Shown here: one piece after another, positions 23,972-35,651 of the stretch
Numbering within the stretch: position 1 is the stretch's first letter
Layout of the letters: every line of letters begins with the position of its first letter
NCBI GenBank assembly: GCA_964270895.1
Contig: OZ185437.1
Reading direction: 5' to 3' (one strand)
DNA from: Podarcis filfolensis
Taxonomy: Eukaryota
DNA length: 64,000 nucleotides
Position numbers and translations under genes: made by a program
The notes under the pieces: generated by a model
The model's input: the letters and a program-made list of their open reading frames with translations, nothing else
The model's database searches: none
What the model was told of the DNA's origin: nothing

Positions 23972-25544
23972 TTTCTACATTTAAGTCAAGCTTATATTAA
24001 GGACTGGGAAATAGGTAGCAAAACTAAGATACGTTAGGAAAATGTTATTTGTACCTGCTCCAGCTACGTGCAAATAATTTTAGAGAGAGAGCTGTCCTTT
24101 TGATTTATTTATTTTTTGTGACCCCAAAGAATGCAACGACGTTTGTTTGTCTATAAGTTGATTCCTCTACAGGATATAAACAGAAAACCATCAACTATTT
24201 CATTTTGCAAAACTGGCAATAGTTACAATAAATTGCACTAATATAGGAACCAAACTGAACAAATACACATACCCTCACACCAGCCTATCTTGTTATTATC
24301 AGTACATTTAGTTTCTCCTTAATACCTTGAGTGCTGCCATTAAAATGGAAAGTATAGCCGTGTTTTAGCAATTGCTATACCTACAAGTTTTCTTTATTAC
24401 TTTGTCCACGGATGTTTGCCTTGGGTGACTGGCTGACGATATCTAAAAGATAATTTCAGGTCTTGAAGAATTAAACACAGGTCTATTTTTATGAGGCGGG
24501 ATAGATTGGAAACCATTTTTTCGCCTTGTTCCAATGAAATTGGAAATGGAAAGGGGATGTGTGTCATCATATGAGGGGACAAGTGTTGTGAAGCCCATCT
24601 GAATTATGCTTCATACCTGACTTTATAGCCTATCCTTTTTTTCCTGGCAGTATTTTGCCCATCAAAAACAAGTTATTGACACTTATATCTTGAACATAAA
24701 TCAGATCTGGCAGTAAAAGGAAAGGTGGTGTTTTTCCAAGAAAGTGGATGATGTGGGTCTAATAACATATTTGTTTTTTACCTCTAGGATATCACTTTAA
24801 TACCATTCAGAAACAATGGCAGAAAAATCATTCCAATTAAAGGCTCTTAAAATATGAGATGTAAAGCACATTCAGGTGATCTCATTCTGTCATGTGTGTC
24901 AGAGTAGGCACCACAGAATGGAGCAGAAATAGTTTTAAATTTAGCTGTCTTAGCATATGTGTACAAGGAAATTGGATTTGCTTCAGTGGAGTCAATTAAG
25001 AAGGCCTCTCAACAAGCTAGGGTTGAAGTGCATTGACAGGGCACTGGGAAATGGGAATACTGCTGTTATTGATTAGCATAGGCTTGGGTACAAATAAAGT
25101 AAAGAGTCTGCTTTCTGACATTCATTTCCACCATAAATGAGAAATCACAGTAATATATAAAATGATAATAGATAAGAGAGAGAGAGAGAGAAGAAGGAAA
25201 TTTAGCTGAGAGGTGACCCTTTTCAGATATTGATTATTTAGCTCACTCCTCACAGTATCTATATTGGCTTTTATGGGAATCCATATAAAGTTGTATTATG
25301 TGCTTTAATTAATAGAGGGACTCTTATTCAACTTCCATCTTTAATTTAGCATGCACAACTCCTAATTTCACTTAGAATCAAAGTGCATCCATAACCGGAA
25401 GCATGTTTTAGTTGAGGGGGGCACTCGTTTTTACCGTCCTGTAGTACCTGGAGAGTGGGGTGGGGACAGAAATGTAAAAAATTGTAGAATGTTTCCAATG
25501 GATTTACAAATGGGGTTTACCGTAAAAAAAATTAGTTTTAAAAT

Positions 25545-25654
25545 TGGGACTTGTCTTATACACAGGTAGTGCTGAGGGGTATTTTCTTAATTTGGAGTTC
25601 CCCAAAATAGGGGGCGTCATATACAGGGGGCGTCTTATACACGGAAAAATATGG
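25545..25654. mobile_element. Right end of a Tc2/mariner-like non-autonomous element
   Basis: CGTCTTATACACGGAAAAATATGG + TA is the reverse complement of the TIR at 53355. Confidence 0.65.
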
Positions 25655-26032
25655 TATTTGCTTTCCCTTCCTTATTGGCTAGGGCATCAAGAGGAAACCT
25701 GGCTTTACACTAAAGAAGCTTTGTTTGTTCTCAGTGACAACCAGTCACCAATTTGCTGTATTGTGTCATGGATGTCATCACCTTAATACTCTGATCCCTG
25801 AATGTCTTGAAGTATAAGTAAAAAGGAACCATCCAGGGAAGACTTGGGAGGGAAGAGCTACTGCTGCCTTATGTTCCTCTGCCAGGATGTGTGACGGAGC
25901 CTGAGGCCTGTACTTGCAGCCCCATGCAAGCCCAGCAATTCATTGAAAGTGTAGTGAGGAGTGTGAGCCCCCCAAAGGGTGTGGTGTCTCCAGCCCACCA
26001 GCCACATGTTACCTGAAAGCAGAAGGGGGAAA

Positions 26033-26047
26033 CCACCAGGGGGCAGC
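26033..26047 (+). promoter_or_regulatory. CTCF-core-like motif within an LTR-like segment
   Basis: CCACCAGGGGGCAGC fits the CTCF core consensus; sequence match only. Confidence 0.3.
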
Positions 26048-26289
26048 TGTATAGACTAGGTAAAACAGCAACAACTCACACTTATTTAAAAGGGAGTGGA
26101 GAAAAAGGAGTAAGAAACAGAAATTAACTTTGGTGGGAGTGGAGCATTCAGAGTCTCTTTGACCTGGTAATAATCCTGGGTAATTGTGGCAAGTGTTGCG
26201 GTGAGACCTGGAGACTGACCTCCTGTGTTGTGGGTGGGTTGAATTGGTTAGCCACAACACCCGATTGGTAGGTCCCTCGAAGTTGTGTT

Positions 26290-27510
26290 CAATCTGGCCC
26301 CGGGGTACATCAGTAAATGATGCTATCCCTCCTGAGTTGTGTTCTGTCAAGTATGCTGCCTTTGACCAAGCGATCAGGCTGATCAGGAGCTTTGGGAAGG
26401 GTGCTCTTTTGGTGAAGTGTGATATGGAATCTGTGTTCCGCTTACTTCCTGTCCATCGACTTGATTTTAAGTTGCTTGGCTTCCAACTGTACGGAGCGTA
26501 TTATGTGGATAAGGCCATGCCAATGGGCTGCTCTATATCTTGTGCAGCTTTTGAAGCCTTTAGTACATTTTTGGACTGGGCCTTGCGTACCAAGACAGGT
26601 TTGAGGGGTGTGACCCATTACTTAGATGACTTTTTACTAAGTTCTGCAGCCAATTCTGAAGAATGCTTGCTATTGCTGCATGCATTTAATGAGCTAACCA
26701 AGGAGTTGGGTGTTCCCTTGGCGGAAGATAAAACTGAAGGCCCAGTCACGAGGTTGTCTTACCTTGGAATCCAGTTGGATACTGTGGCACAAACTTCCTC
26801 TTTGCCTGAAGGGAAATTGGTGGCATAATGAGTGACATCATTATGGAGTTTTTGCCATGGGAAAAGGTTACCTTGAGGCAGATTCAGTCTCTGTTGGGCC
26901 ATTTGAATTTCGCTTGCAGGGTGGTTGCCCCTGGTCGCCCTTTTTGCACATGCTTAGCAAGACTTTCTGCAGGCTGTGTGTTTGCCCAGCGAGTTTAGGG
27001 CAGACCTCGAGGTATGGCTCGAATTCCTGAAGGAGTTCAATGGCGTATCCTTGTGGCAGGATACCTTGAATCTGCATTTTGATTTCCAGGTCCATTCGGA
27101 CGTTGCTGGATTCTTGGGTTTTGGGCTCTATTTCTGTGGCTGTTGGTACACTCAGCAGTGGCCTGAGCATTGGCAGGGTACAGCCATTACCTGTGATTTA
27201 ACGTTTCTTGAGTTTTCCCCATTGTAGTAGCAGTGTACATCTGGACCATGGAGTTCAAGGACCGGCGGGTCTGTTTCTGGTCCGATAACCAGGCCGTGGT
27301 GAGCGTTTTGGCAAGGCAGTCACCACGCTCCAGCAGAGTCTCTGCCCTTTGTGCTGCGGTGCCTCAAGTTTAATATTGTGTTTTCTGCCCAATTTATTCC
27401 TGGCACTACTAATGACATTGCTGACGCCCTATCCTATTTTCAGATGGAGCGCTTCAGACCCCTGGCTCCAGATGCCCAGCAGCTTCCGGAATATTTCCCT
27501 GTTCAGCTTT
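26290..27510 (+). pseudogene. Ngaro RT + RNase H (frameshifted)
   Basis: PRGTSVNDAI, KCDMESVFRLLPV, MPMGCSISC, HYLDDFL, LSYLGIQLDT; RNase H motifs VHSDVAG, FWSDNQAVV, IPGTTNDIADALS. Confidence 0.9.
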
Positions 27511-28430
27511 GGAACCTTGGCAGCAGCTAGTCCTTCAGGGAGTAGTAGCTTCTGTTTCTCCTTCCACTTTGAGGTCCTATAAGAAGGCCTGGATGGACTT
27601 TTTAGCTTTCAGAGCAGAGCACTTGATGATTGACAGTTCAGTGTCACCATCCACACATCCGGTGTTGCAGGATCTGGCTCACCTGTGGTTTCTGGGTCGT
27701 GCTGTAAAGTCTATCAGAATTCAGTCTTCTGCTATTTCATTTTTCAGCAAATCCCTATATTCTAGAGACCCTTGTGCAAAGTTTGTAGTGTGCAAGGCTC
27801 TCGAGGGTTGGGTCAGGTTGCAGCCACCAGCATCGCCAGGTAGGAGGCCAGTCACATTTGACATTTTATTCTCGGTGCGCAGCAAGACTTGTCTGCTGGT
27901 CTACTTATGAGGCGAGACTCTTTGCGGCAGCTTTTTCGATAGCCTTTTTCAGTGCACTGCGTGTGGGCAAAGTGGTGCTGGAGTCAGCACAGGGAAGGGC
28001 TCCCAGGAGCTTGCTTTTGCAGGACGTTAAGCCTTTTGATGCTGAGCTGGTGCTCACTATTTGAAATTCCAAAACGGACCAGTTGAGCAGAATCGCCTTG
28101 ATGAGGCTGTCTGCCACTGGTAAGCCTGGCCCTTGTCCAGTGAAAGATGCCAAGAGATATTTGTCACTTCGCCCGCCTGGGGATGATCACTTCCTGGTTC
28201 ATGAGGATGGGTCCCTGTTAAAGAGGCATCAATTTGCTGCAGTAATGCACAAGGCACTTGCAGCGTGTGGCCTGCTGGCCAGTGAGTTTGCACCTCATTC
28301 TTTCCGTATTGGTGCAGCTACTACTGCTGCAGACTGGGGTCTGTCCGTCGACAGGATCAAAGATCTGGGCTGCTGGAAATCTGATGCATACAGGGGCTAT
28401 GTTCGGCTGTGGCACAGAGGTGCAGTTATT
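27509..28430 (+). pseudogene. Ngaro tyrosine recombinase (frameshifted)
   Basis: SPSTLRSYKKAW N-terminal region; catalytic-type motifs FSALRVG, PHSFRIGAAT and LGCWKSDAYRGY. Confidence 0.9.
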
Positions 28431-28454
28431 AATGTAGTTTTGTTCACTCCTATG

Positions 28455-29462
28455 TCCACCTACCCTGCACGTCTGGATAGTTGGGCACAGCATTGCCCAC
28501 TGGGCCGGCAGGAGGGTGGCAGAGTCTGGATTCGGACGCAGGCTCAGACTCCCCGACCATGTGTGTGTCTCTTGGGTGTCCAGATGAGGAATGCGTTGGG
28601 AGGAGCTTCTCCCTGTTAAAATTCATCTTGTTTGTTTTGGCCCAGTTCTCTAATCTGTCAAGGTCGTTTTGAAGTGTGATCCTGTCCTCTGGGGTGTTAG
28701 CCACCCCTCCCAGTTTGGTGTCATCTGCAGATTTGATCAGGATGCCCTTGAGTCCATCATCCAAGTCGTTGATAAAGATGTTGAATAAGACAGGGCCCAA
28801 GACAGAACCCTGTGGCACCCCACTAGTCACTCTTCTCCAGGATGAAGAGGAACCATTGATGAGCACCCTTTGGGTTCGGTCAGTCAGCCAGTTACAAATC
28901 CACTGAGTGGTAGCATAGTCAAGACCGCATTTTACCAGCTTCTTTACAAGAATATCATGGGGCACCTTGTCAAATGCCTTGCTGAAATCAAGGTAGGCTA
29001 CATCCACTGCGTTCCCTTCATCTACCAGGCTTGTAATTCTGTCAAAAAACGAGATCAGGTTCGTCTGACATGACTTATTTTTCAGAAATCCATGCTGACT
29101 ATTGGTGATCACAGCATTCCTTTCTAGGTGCTCACAGACTGTTTGCTTAATGATCTGCTCCAGAATCTTCCCTGGTATTGATGTCAGACTGACTGGGCGG
29201 TAATTATTTGGGTCCTCTCTTTGGTCCTCTCATTGGCATGGTAGCCAATGCCCAGCTGCCACCGAAAGGTTCCAGGAGGCATGTGCAGAGCGCAGTGGTC
29301 AAGAAGGTTCTGGCCATGGGCAGGACGGTGATCCGTCACCCGGGCATTACCTTCCGTGATGCGTCCCTTTACAGGCTTGGTGGGGTTCATCTATCTGTAA
29401 TTGGGAATGATTTGTGGCTGACTGCCATGTCAGCGAGGTTAAGGGGTTGGTTACAGGTGTGA
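28455..29462 (+). pseudogene. Ngaro SGNH-type hydrolase ORF, split by a CR1 fragment
   Basis: 5' part VWIVGHSIAHWA...SR*GMRWEELLP (block I-like GHS at 28483-28491, TGA at 28585). 3' part IRHPGI...LYRLGGVHLSVIGNDLW (block V-like) ends at 29462. Confidence 0.75.
28607..29222 (-). mobile_element. Internal CR1 RT fragment without a 3' tail
   Basis: Open frame KREDPNNYRPVSL...SQHGF...YLDFSKAFDKVPH...SGVPQGSVLGPVLFNIFINDL...SADDTKL...MNFNREK. Confidence 0.95.
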
Positions 29463-31879
29463 GTGGTTGGCGGTGAGCGCGGTGCTCGTGTGGCGGATAA
29501 GCACTGGTTCAGGTGATAGGGATAGGAGAGTGGTCTCGCCATCCCTATGTGAAGGGTATTCCGTTAAAGGAATCCAGGGACTCAACTGGTTTGGTCAACC
29601 CCCGAGAGGGGGTTGTGCCCGTGCCTGAGTCCAGGGGGGCATCTGGGTGGTGACCATAGTCTGTTCCCGGCTTTTTGCCTTCCCAGGTGTTCACCCTTGG
29701 CTGACCTATGCTGGTGCCCTGGGTCAGTGCTGCCTGTAAGGGTGCAGGGAGCTAGTCGAACCAGAGCCTATGCTCTGTAATCTTACCTTCTGTAATCAAT
29801 AGAGTTGTGGCCTAAATCCTGCCAAAAACCAAAACTAAAATTTGAGTCATGTGTGAATTTATTTAGGGGGGAGGTCTCTGGGTCTGAACATGCAACAGTT
29901 ACAGTAAAGTATAGTCTGAAGGAGGGTGATGGAGGACCCCAACAAACGTGCAACTTTGGTGGTGGAGCTGCTACTGAATAAATGCTGCTTTGTGAAGGCA
30001 GAAAATGGTGGCTACTTCTCTCCTGCAGGGTGGTGGTGCTTGTCTGTATGCATGTGTCACATAGAGTCAGGCGTGAGTTGAGTGGTGGGGAACTGTATCA
30101 AAATTATAATGTGATCTGGTCCTGAGAGTCTTCCAGTACTTTTGCAAAACTATTCTTATTTGGAGTTGTATTCATGGTTCTCAGGCATAACACTTTTTTA
30201 TTTCATGAGATTAAATATCTAGATGATCTGTATTTTTAACCTGAGAGATGATTTAGAAGTCGAAAGACCTAATTTAATTTAATTTAATTTAATCTTATTC
30301 AGGAACCACTCTTCATATCATTTAATCTTCCTTTACCTTCTTCTATGAAGATGCTTATCTGGGTGCTACAGCCAAAAAAAGCTGAATTCAAATAATAATA
30401 TTAAATTTTGATGGTTGTACAAATCACCTTTTAAATATTCATTTGAATCTTTTTAACGATAGGGGCATTAATGGCTCACTTGCTTGGGAAGGATAGATTA
30501 CCTTTGATCTAATAAAGGTTGGTCAAATACCTTTGATCAAGTAACAGCAGCATGTGAAAAGCACAGTCTTGCTAGTTTGTCCAGGTAATTTCAAGAAATT
30601 TAAATATTCTTTGAGTCTGAAAATTGTAGTTAATGATGCTGACTGAATATCTTCAGTGGCTTAGAAATTTAAAAATAACTTTAAAATATAAAAGTGAAAG
30701 GTACTTAAAAAAATGTGTACATGGTTTTGAACACCAAAAATATATGGGTGTTGTTTAAACATTCTGAAAAACAGGATGTAGAAGCTGATTTTCAGATGTC
30801 TGTTTTTTTAAAAAAACACACCCCCAAAAACAAGAGAATAACCACTTGGAGTCTGCTGCTAGTGAAATGTGGAAGAAGAGCTGCCAGGATTGCAATAATT
30901 TACTCCAGGAGACATGCTATAAAACCTCAGTACATGCAAGTCCCCAAATACAAAATGTTCACTGAAAATGTTAGGTGAGCATTCACATAATGAATCAAAT
31001 TTCCTATGGGGAAATTTGTAATGACCATGGAATTTTGACCCCCCGCCAAGTCCAGGAAAACCCTCTGAAATCTTACTAAAGTACAGATCACTGCAGTTCC
31101 TCAGCTAGTAAGCAAAAGGCAAACAAGGAAGTAAAAAATGCTCTCTATTTGGATATTTGAATCTGTGGTGCGTATAGCAAGCTTTTGGTACTAATTACTC
31201 ACGTTCAAATACATGAATTTTTGCATAGCAAATGTTCAGAAAGCAGAACCAGGGTGCATGTGCAAAGACCAGTTGAAGGAACAGTTTTCTTCAGGCATTC
31301 ATAATGTGCTGTAATTATGAGAGGGGCACCCTGGAGGGACAAGCATGCTGGTTTCACCCTCTCATTGTTCTCATCTCCTTCCATGTGTTGCAGGACAATC
31401 TTCTCAAGAAGGGAACCCCCTGTACTCATTGAGTTTCCCCAGGCATTTTAGAACCTTGGTAAACCCAAGTTTTTGGAAGCTTCCTGCCTCACACACTCAA
31501 AATCTAACTCACAGAGGGTGATGAGAATGACAGCGATCACAATACAGAAATTGCAACACCTGCAGAGGGCTCATTTCGCTCTTCAAACCCAGATCTGTCA
31601 ACGCTAAACACCACGGTTCCTAAAGTGGGTGGTTTAGGGGGCGGCAGCGGGGCACTGGAGGTGTAAATGACTATCAGACTTTGAAAAGCTGATACCACTG
31701 GATCAAGTTCATCAGTTTTATTGGATGAATTAAACCTGCCTAGAGGCAGCAGGTTTATTCAGCAGCGGACCTAGCAAAGATGGGGAGGACTTTTGTACAG
31801 CTGCAGTGCAATTCTCTAGGTTGCAGTTCAGTGGTCCTGCTTAGGGGGGAAATTGGGTACAACTGTAATTAACAGTACA

Positions 31880-31946
31880 TTGCCTTGCAGTGGGTTGGAC
31901 TAGATGACCCTTGGGTCCCTTCCAACTCTACAATTCTATGATTTTA
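31880..31946 (+). mobile_element. CR1 3' end
   Basis: GGGTTGGACTAGATGACC...TCCAACTCTACAATTCTATGATT. Confidence 0.8.
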
Positions 31947-32571
31947 TAAATTATCTTGCTATAATATGTGGGATTTGATTTGCAAATATTTACTTTTATA
32001 TTACGGATTAATTTATTAATTTCTGGAAAAGAACAGTGGACCCACAATAATGGGTGGTGACATGACATTAAGCCCTTCACTAATTAAAAATGTTCTCACC
32101 TGTTCATAATTTTTATCCTCACATTTTGGAAATTTTGTCAATAACGATGTAGAAATGAGTGGTTGCTTATTTCTTAGCGCTGTATGAGTTACTTCTTTTA
32201 GGAAAGAAAAGCTCAGTGGAGAGCATGGAATAAAGCAGGGTGGGGAAGTAATTGCAGGAGTGGGGAGAGAACTCTTCCATGGGCAAATGAAAGATTTCTC
32301 ATTTTGCTCGCTCTGCCGTTGTCTTTGGTATCAGCCTCCACAGTGGTTGAGAAAGGAGGGAGCTTGCTGGTTCTCTTGACCTCGGGCCTTGAGAGCCCTC
32401 CATAGGTTGGACTTCTCTCATCAGCCTCAGCAGGCATGGCCAACGGTCATGTAATCCCGGAATATCTGGAAGGCCACAGGTTAGCCACCCCTGGCTTTGG
32501 AAATGAGCACCACAGTGGTCATCCTCTCAGGCCAAGGCGGCTAAAGAACGTCCTGGAACAGACACCATGGC

Positions 32572-32943
32572 CAGAGCCATCTTTCCCATTGGGCTTACTG
32601 GTGCATTGCACCAGGGCACCGGCCTCTCAGGGTGCCCCGGCAAGTGGGGGAGCTGCGCGGCTTTGCCGGCGGCCTCCCCTTTCCCTCCTGCACGCCCGCC
32701 AGCTGCGCAACGTCAACCATATGGCTGGTGGGCGTGCAGCTTGCCTCCCAAGCCTCCGCGGGAGGAGAGAGCTCCCCACATAGGTTTAGGATGGAAGCTG
32801 CGCCCTGCCAACTGGCAGATGTACAGCTTCCTTCCCAAGCCTCTGCAGGAGGACAGCGATCCCAGCAGAGGCTTGGGAAAAGGTAGACAACTCTGGGAAA
32901 TGGAGGGTGGGGGGGCCGGCGGGATCTTTGCACCACAGCCCTG
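32572..32943. mobile_element. GC-rich hAT-like MITE
   Basis: Termini CAGAGCCAT / ACAGCCCTG. 8-bp flanks ACCATGGC and ACCGCGGC differ only by two CpG-type transitions. Confidence 0.7.
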
Positions 32944-35351
32944 ACCGCGGCACTTGTTTTGCCATGCTGAAATGGCAGGTGGCTGCACTGTGCACAATCA
33001 CAAAGAGATGATGACCAGATACAGTACATATAACTCTTGGCAAAATGTGTCACTATTTTGATGGCTTTTCCATCCATAATCCCATGGGAGAAATCTGCAC
33101 CATCCCCATTTTATAGATGGGAAAGTGTGTGAGTGAAATGGGATCTGGAGCTTCATCTATGATGGAGACTATTAATGAAGCAGTAATGAGGTTAAACCAT
33201 GTTTTTTAAGGGGGCCTGCTCATTCTCGTCCCAGAGTGAGCATTCTTTGCAATGTGTTCCCCTCTCTCTTGCTTTTCCACGATGACTGTCCCCATTTTCA
33301 GCTTCAAGCTAGTTCTATTCAACAGAGATTTCCCTTATTTTTTCCGTTCTCTCCCTCTCCTGTGATGTTTAGTTTTTAATTTGCACTTTTCCTACACCCA
33401 GAAGCAAGCATCTTTCTGATAGAAAATAAAACAAAATTCTCAAAGTGACGCTAAAGTAGCCTCTGTAGGAGGGGTGGTGGAAGAACCCAAACACAACACA
33501 ACTGCTCTGTGCTGGCGGAGGAGGGGTTCTCTGTGGTGCATCTTCTTGCTGCAAAATGTAATGCTTGGCAGAACAAAGAAAAATTCCACATGCCCAGCAG
33601 AAATTCTGGCAAGTAACATGTTCATTGTTTTAAATAATCATAGTTCTAATTTTTAGAACTTTGACAACACAGATTGTCTAAAGCCTTGTAAAGCCCGAGG
33701 AGAGCAGATCTGTAAATAAAAGCAGAGATGTTTCCCCCTGATATTTGCTTAGAAAGAAACCCATTTTAATGCACTGACTTTTCTACTGCTGCCACATTTC
33801 TTTTCTCCCAATTGCACACCCCCCCGTGCCAAAATCTTTCTTTCCTCTCAGTTACAGAATTGCTCTCTCCTTGACAGATAGCAGCCATATGATAATGCTG
33901 TGTTTTTGCTAGCAGTTCGGAAAGCTTTGTTTTCCACAGAAGAGCCCCACCAGGCACAATTTGGGACTAGTTATTAAACACAAACTAACATCCCCCAAAG
34001 ATTTTCAAGCATGTCATGCCAGAATCTGGTATTTTAAAGCATTTCCCACTTCCCATAATTGGAGGCAAGTGGCCTAGCAAGAAGGAAGACTGTTTCAGCA
34101 AATATAAGAATTAATGCAATTTATTTGAGAGGGTCTCACAGGAGGGAGATATAGATTTTATGCAAAATTTTGCAGACTAAATCGGTTAGGACTCATGCTT
34201 ATTGCTTCTAGTCTACTGACCCAAGTTTATAGACAAGAATGCAATATAGAAGAAGAAAAATATCCAGATTAGTATTCAACCTGTGAGTCCAAATGAGCAG
34301 TTTAATAATCATTTGGGAATAGGCACTCCATCTCTATAATTTCCTGGGACATTTAATCAAATAATTAGTCAGAAGTATTTTTTTATGTTTGTACAGTATT
34401 TTTAAAAGGTCCTTATTGTGATAAAAGAAAAATTATGAAGATTCAGCTCAGGTTCCTTTACAGAACAGAAACCAGCTGACATGGTGAGATGCCAGATTAG
34501 ATATCTGATTCCTTCCGCAGTGTGATACAACCCAAAAACCCTTAGGAAAACTTTCTCCCCCACTTTAAAGATCAAGAGCAGAGTCCCCTCTGCCAAAGAA
34601 TGACAGTCGTCAGTAAGGCCTGAACAGGAGCAGCAGGGCCTTTTTCATTGGCTGTATCACATCTCTGCATAAACCCAACTCTCCATTCTTTTGGGAGACT
34701 TTTAATATAGATACATTTTTATGCGGGAAGGTGTTCCATTGATTTTATCACTTCCATCTTTAGAATTTGTCTTTGTTTAGAACATTGCCTGTCACTAGTG
34801 CTTTAAATTGAATTTTCTTTTCTTTTCGTTCATTTTATTTAAAATGGGAGTGATTCTATCATATTGTGAGCTACTTCATTAGGCTTCATTAGTAGAGAAA
34901 AGTAAAACACAAATTAAACTAAATAAATATTAACTTCACCTTTTCTTCAGATGAACATGAATGTTTGTGTTAATTAAATATTTGCTTGGTGATATCAATT
35001 ATACTATTGCATTTTTTTTAGTGACCTAGCAACCATGGAACAATGTACTCAAGAAACACAAAAGTACTTATTTATTCTTAAGAAGACTGCCTTGAGTCTG
35101 CGAGGTGGCATTACAGGGCACCCTCTTACCATGTATGTATGGTGGAAACTTGCTGTGTATGGTGCAGTATTCACCCAGTTTCCACTGATCCATAATTACT
35201 TTGCATTCAGTTCTTCTAGCAGGCAGTGAATGGGTGGGAATGGGATTATAGAGCAAGTCTTCTCCCCTGTCTGATATCCATTAATTTGATTGTCTGCAAT
35301 GTTCCTACAAATAGACAGCTCTGGTATCTATGTGCAATTGTCACACCTCAC

Positions 35352-35651
35352 AGAATCATAGAATTGTAGAGTTGGAAGGGATGCTGAGAGTTATCTAGTC
35401 CAACCCCCTGCGATGCAAGAATCTCAACTAGATCATACATGACAGATGGCCATCCAACCTCTGCTTAAAAACCTCCAAGGAAGGAGAGTCTATCATCTCT
35501 CATAGGAGTCTGTTCCACCGTCAAACATCTTTTATCCACCAGAAAGTTTTTTCTGACATTTAGTCAGGATCTTCTTTCTTGCAACTTTAATCCATTGACT
35601 TGGAGTCCTACTCTCTGGAGCAGGAGAAAACAAGCTTGCTCCATCCTCCAT
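35352..35651 (-). mobile_element. CR1 3' fragment
   Basis: AGAATCATAGAAT tail and sequence similar to 10730-11040. Confidence 0.85.

Larger units (their letters stand above)
26290..29894 (+). mobile_element. Decayed Ngaro-type (DIRS order) tyrosine-recombinase retrotransposon, 5' part missing
   Basis: RT, RNase H, YR and SGNH hydrolase motifs in the expected order, followed by a GC-rich terminal segment ending ~29894. Confidence 0.88.

Noticed and set aside
23467-24000. 177-aa plus-strand ORF
   Set aside because: Antisense shadow of the Bov-B ORF.
28083-28619. 178-aa ORF as a novel YR fusion
   Set aside because: The YR C-terminus reads out of frame into the hydrolase region; best explained by decay of the YR stop.
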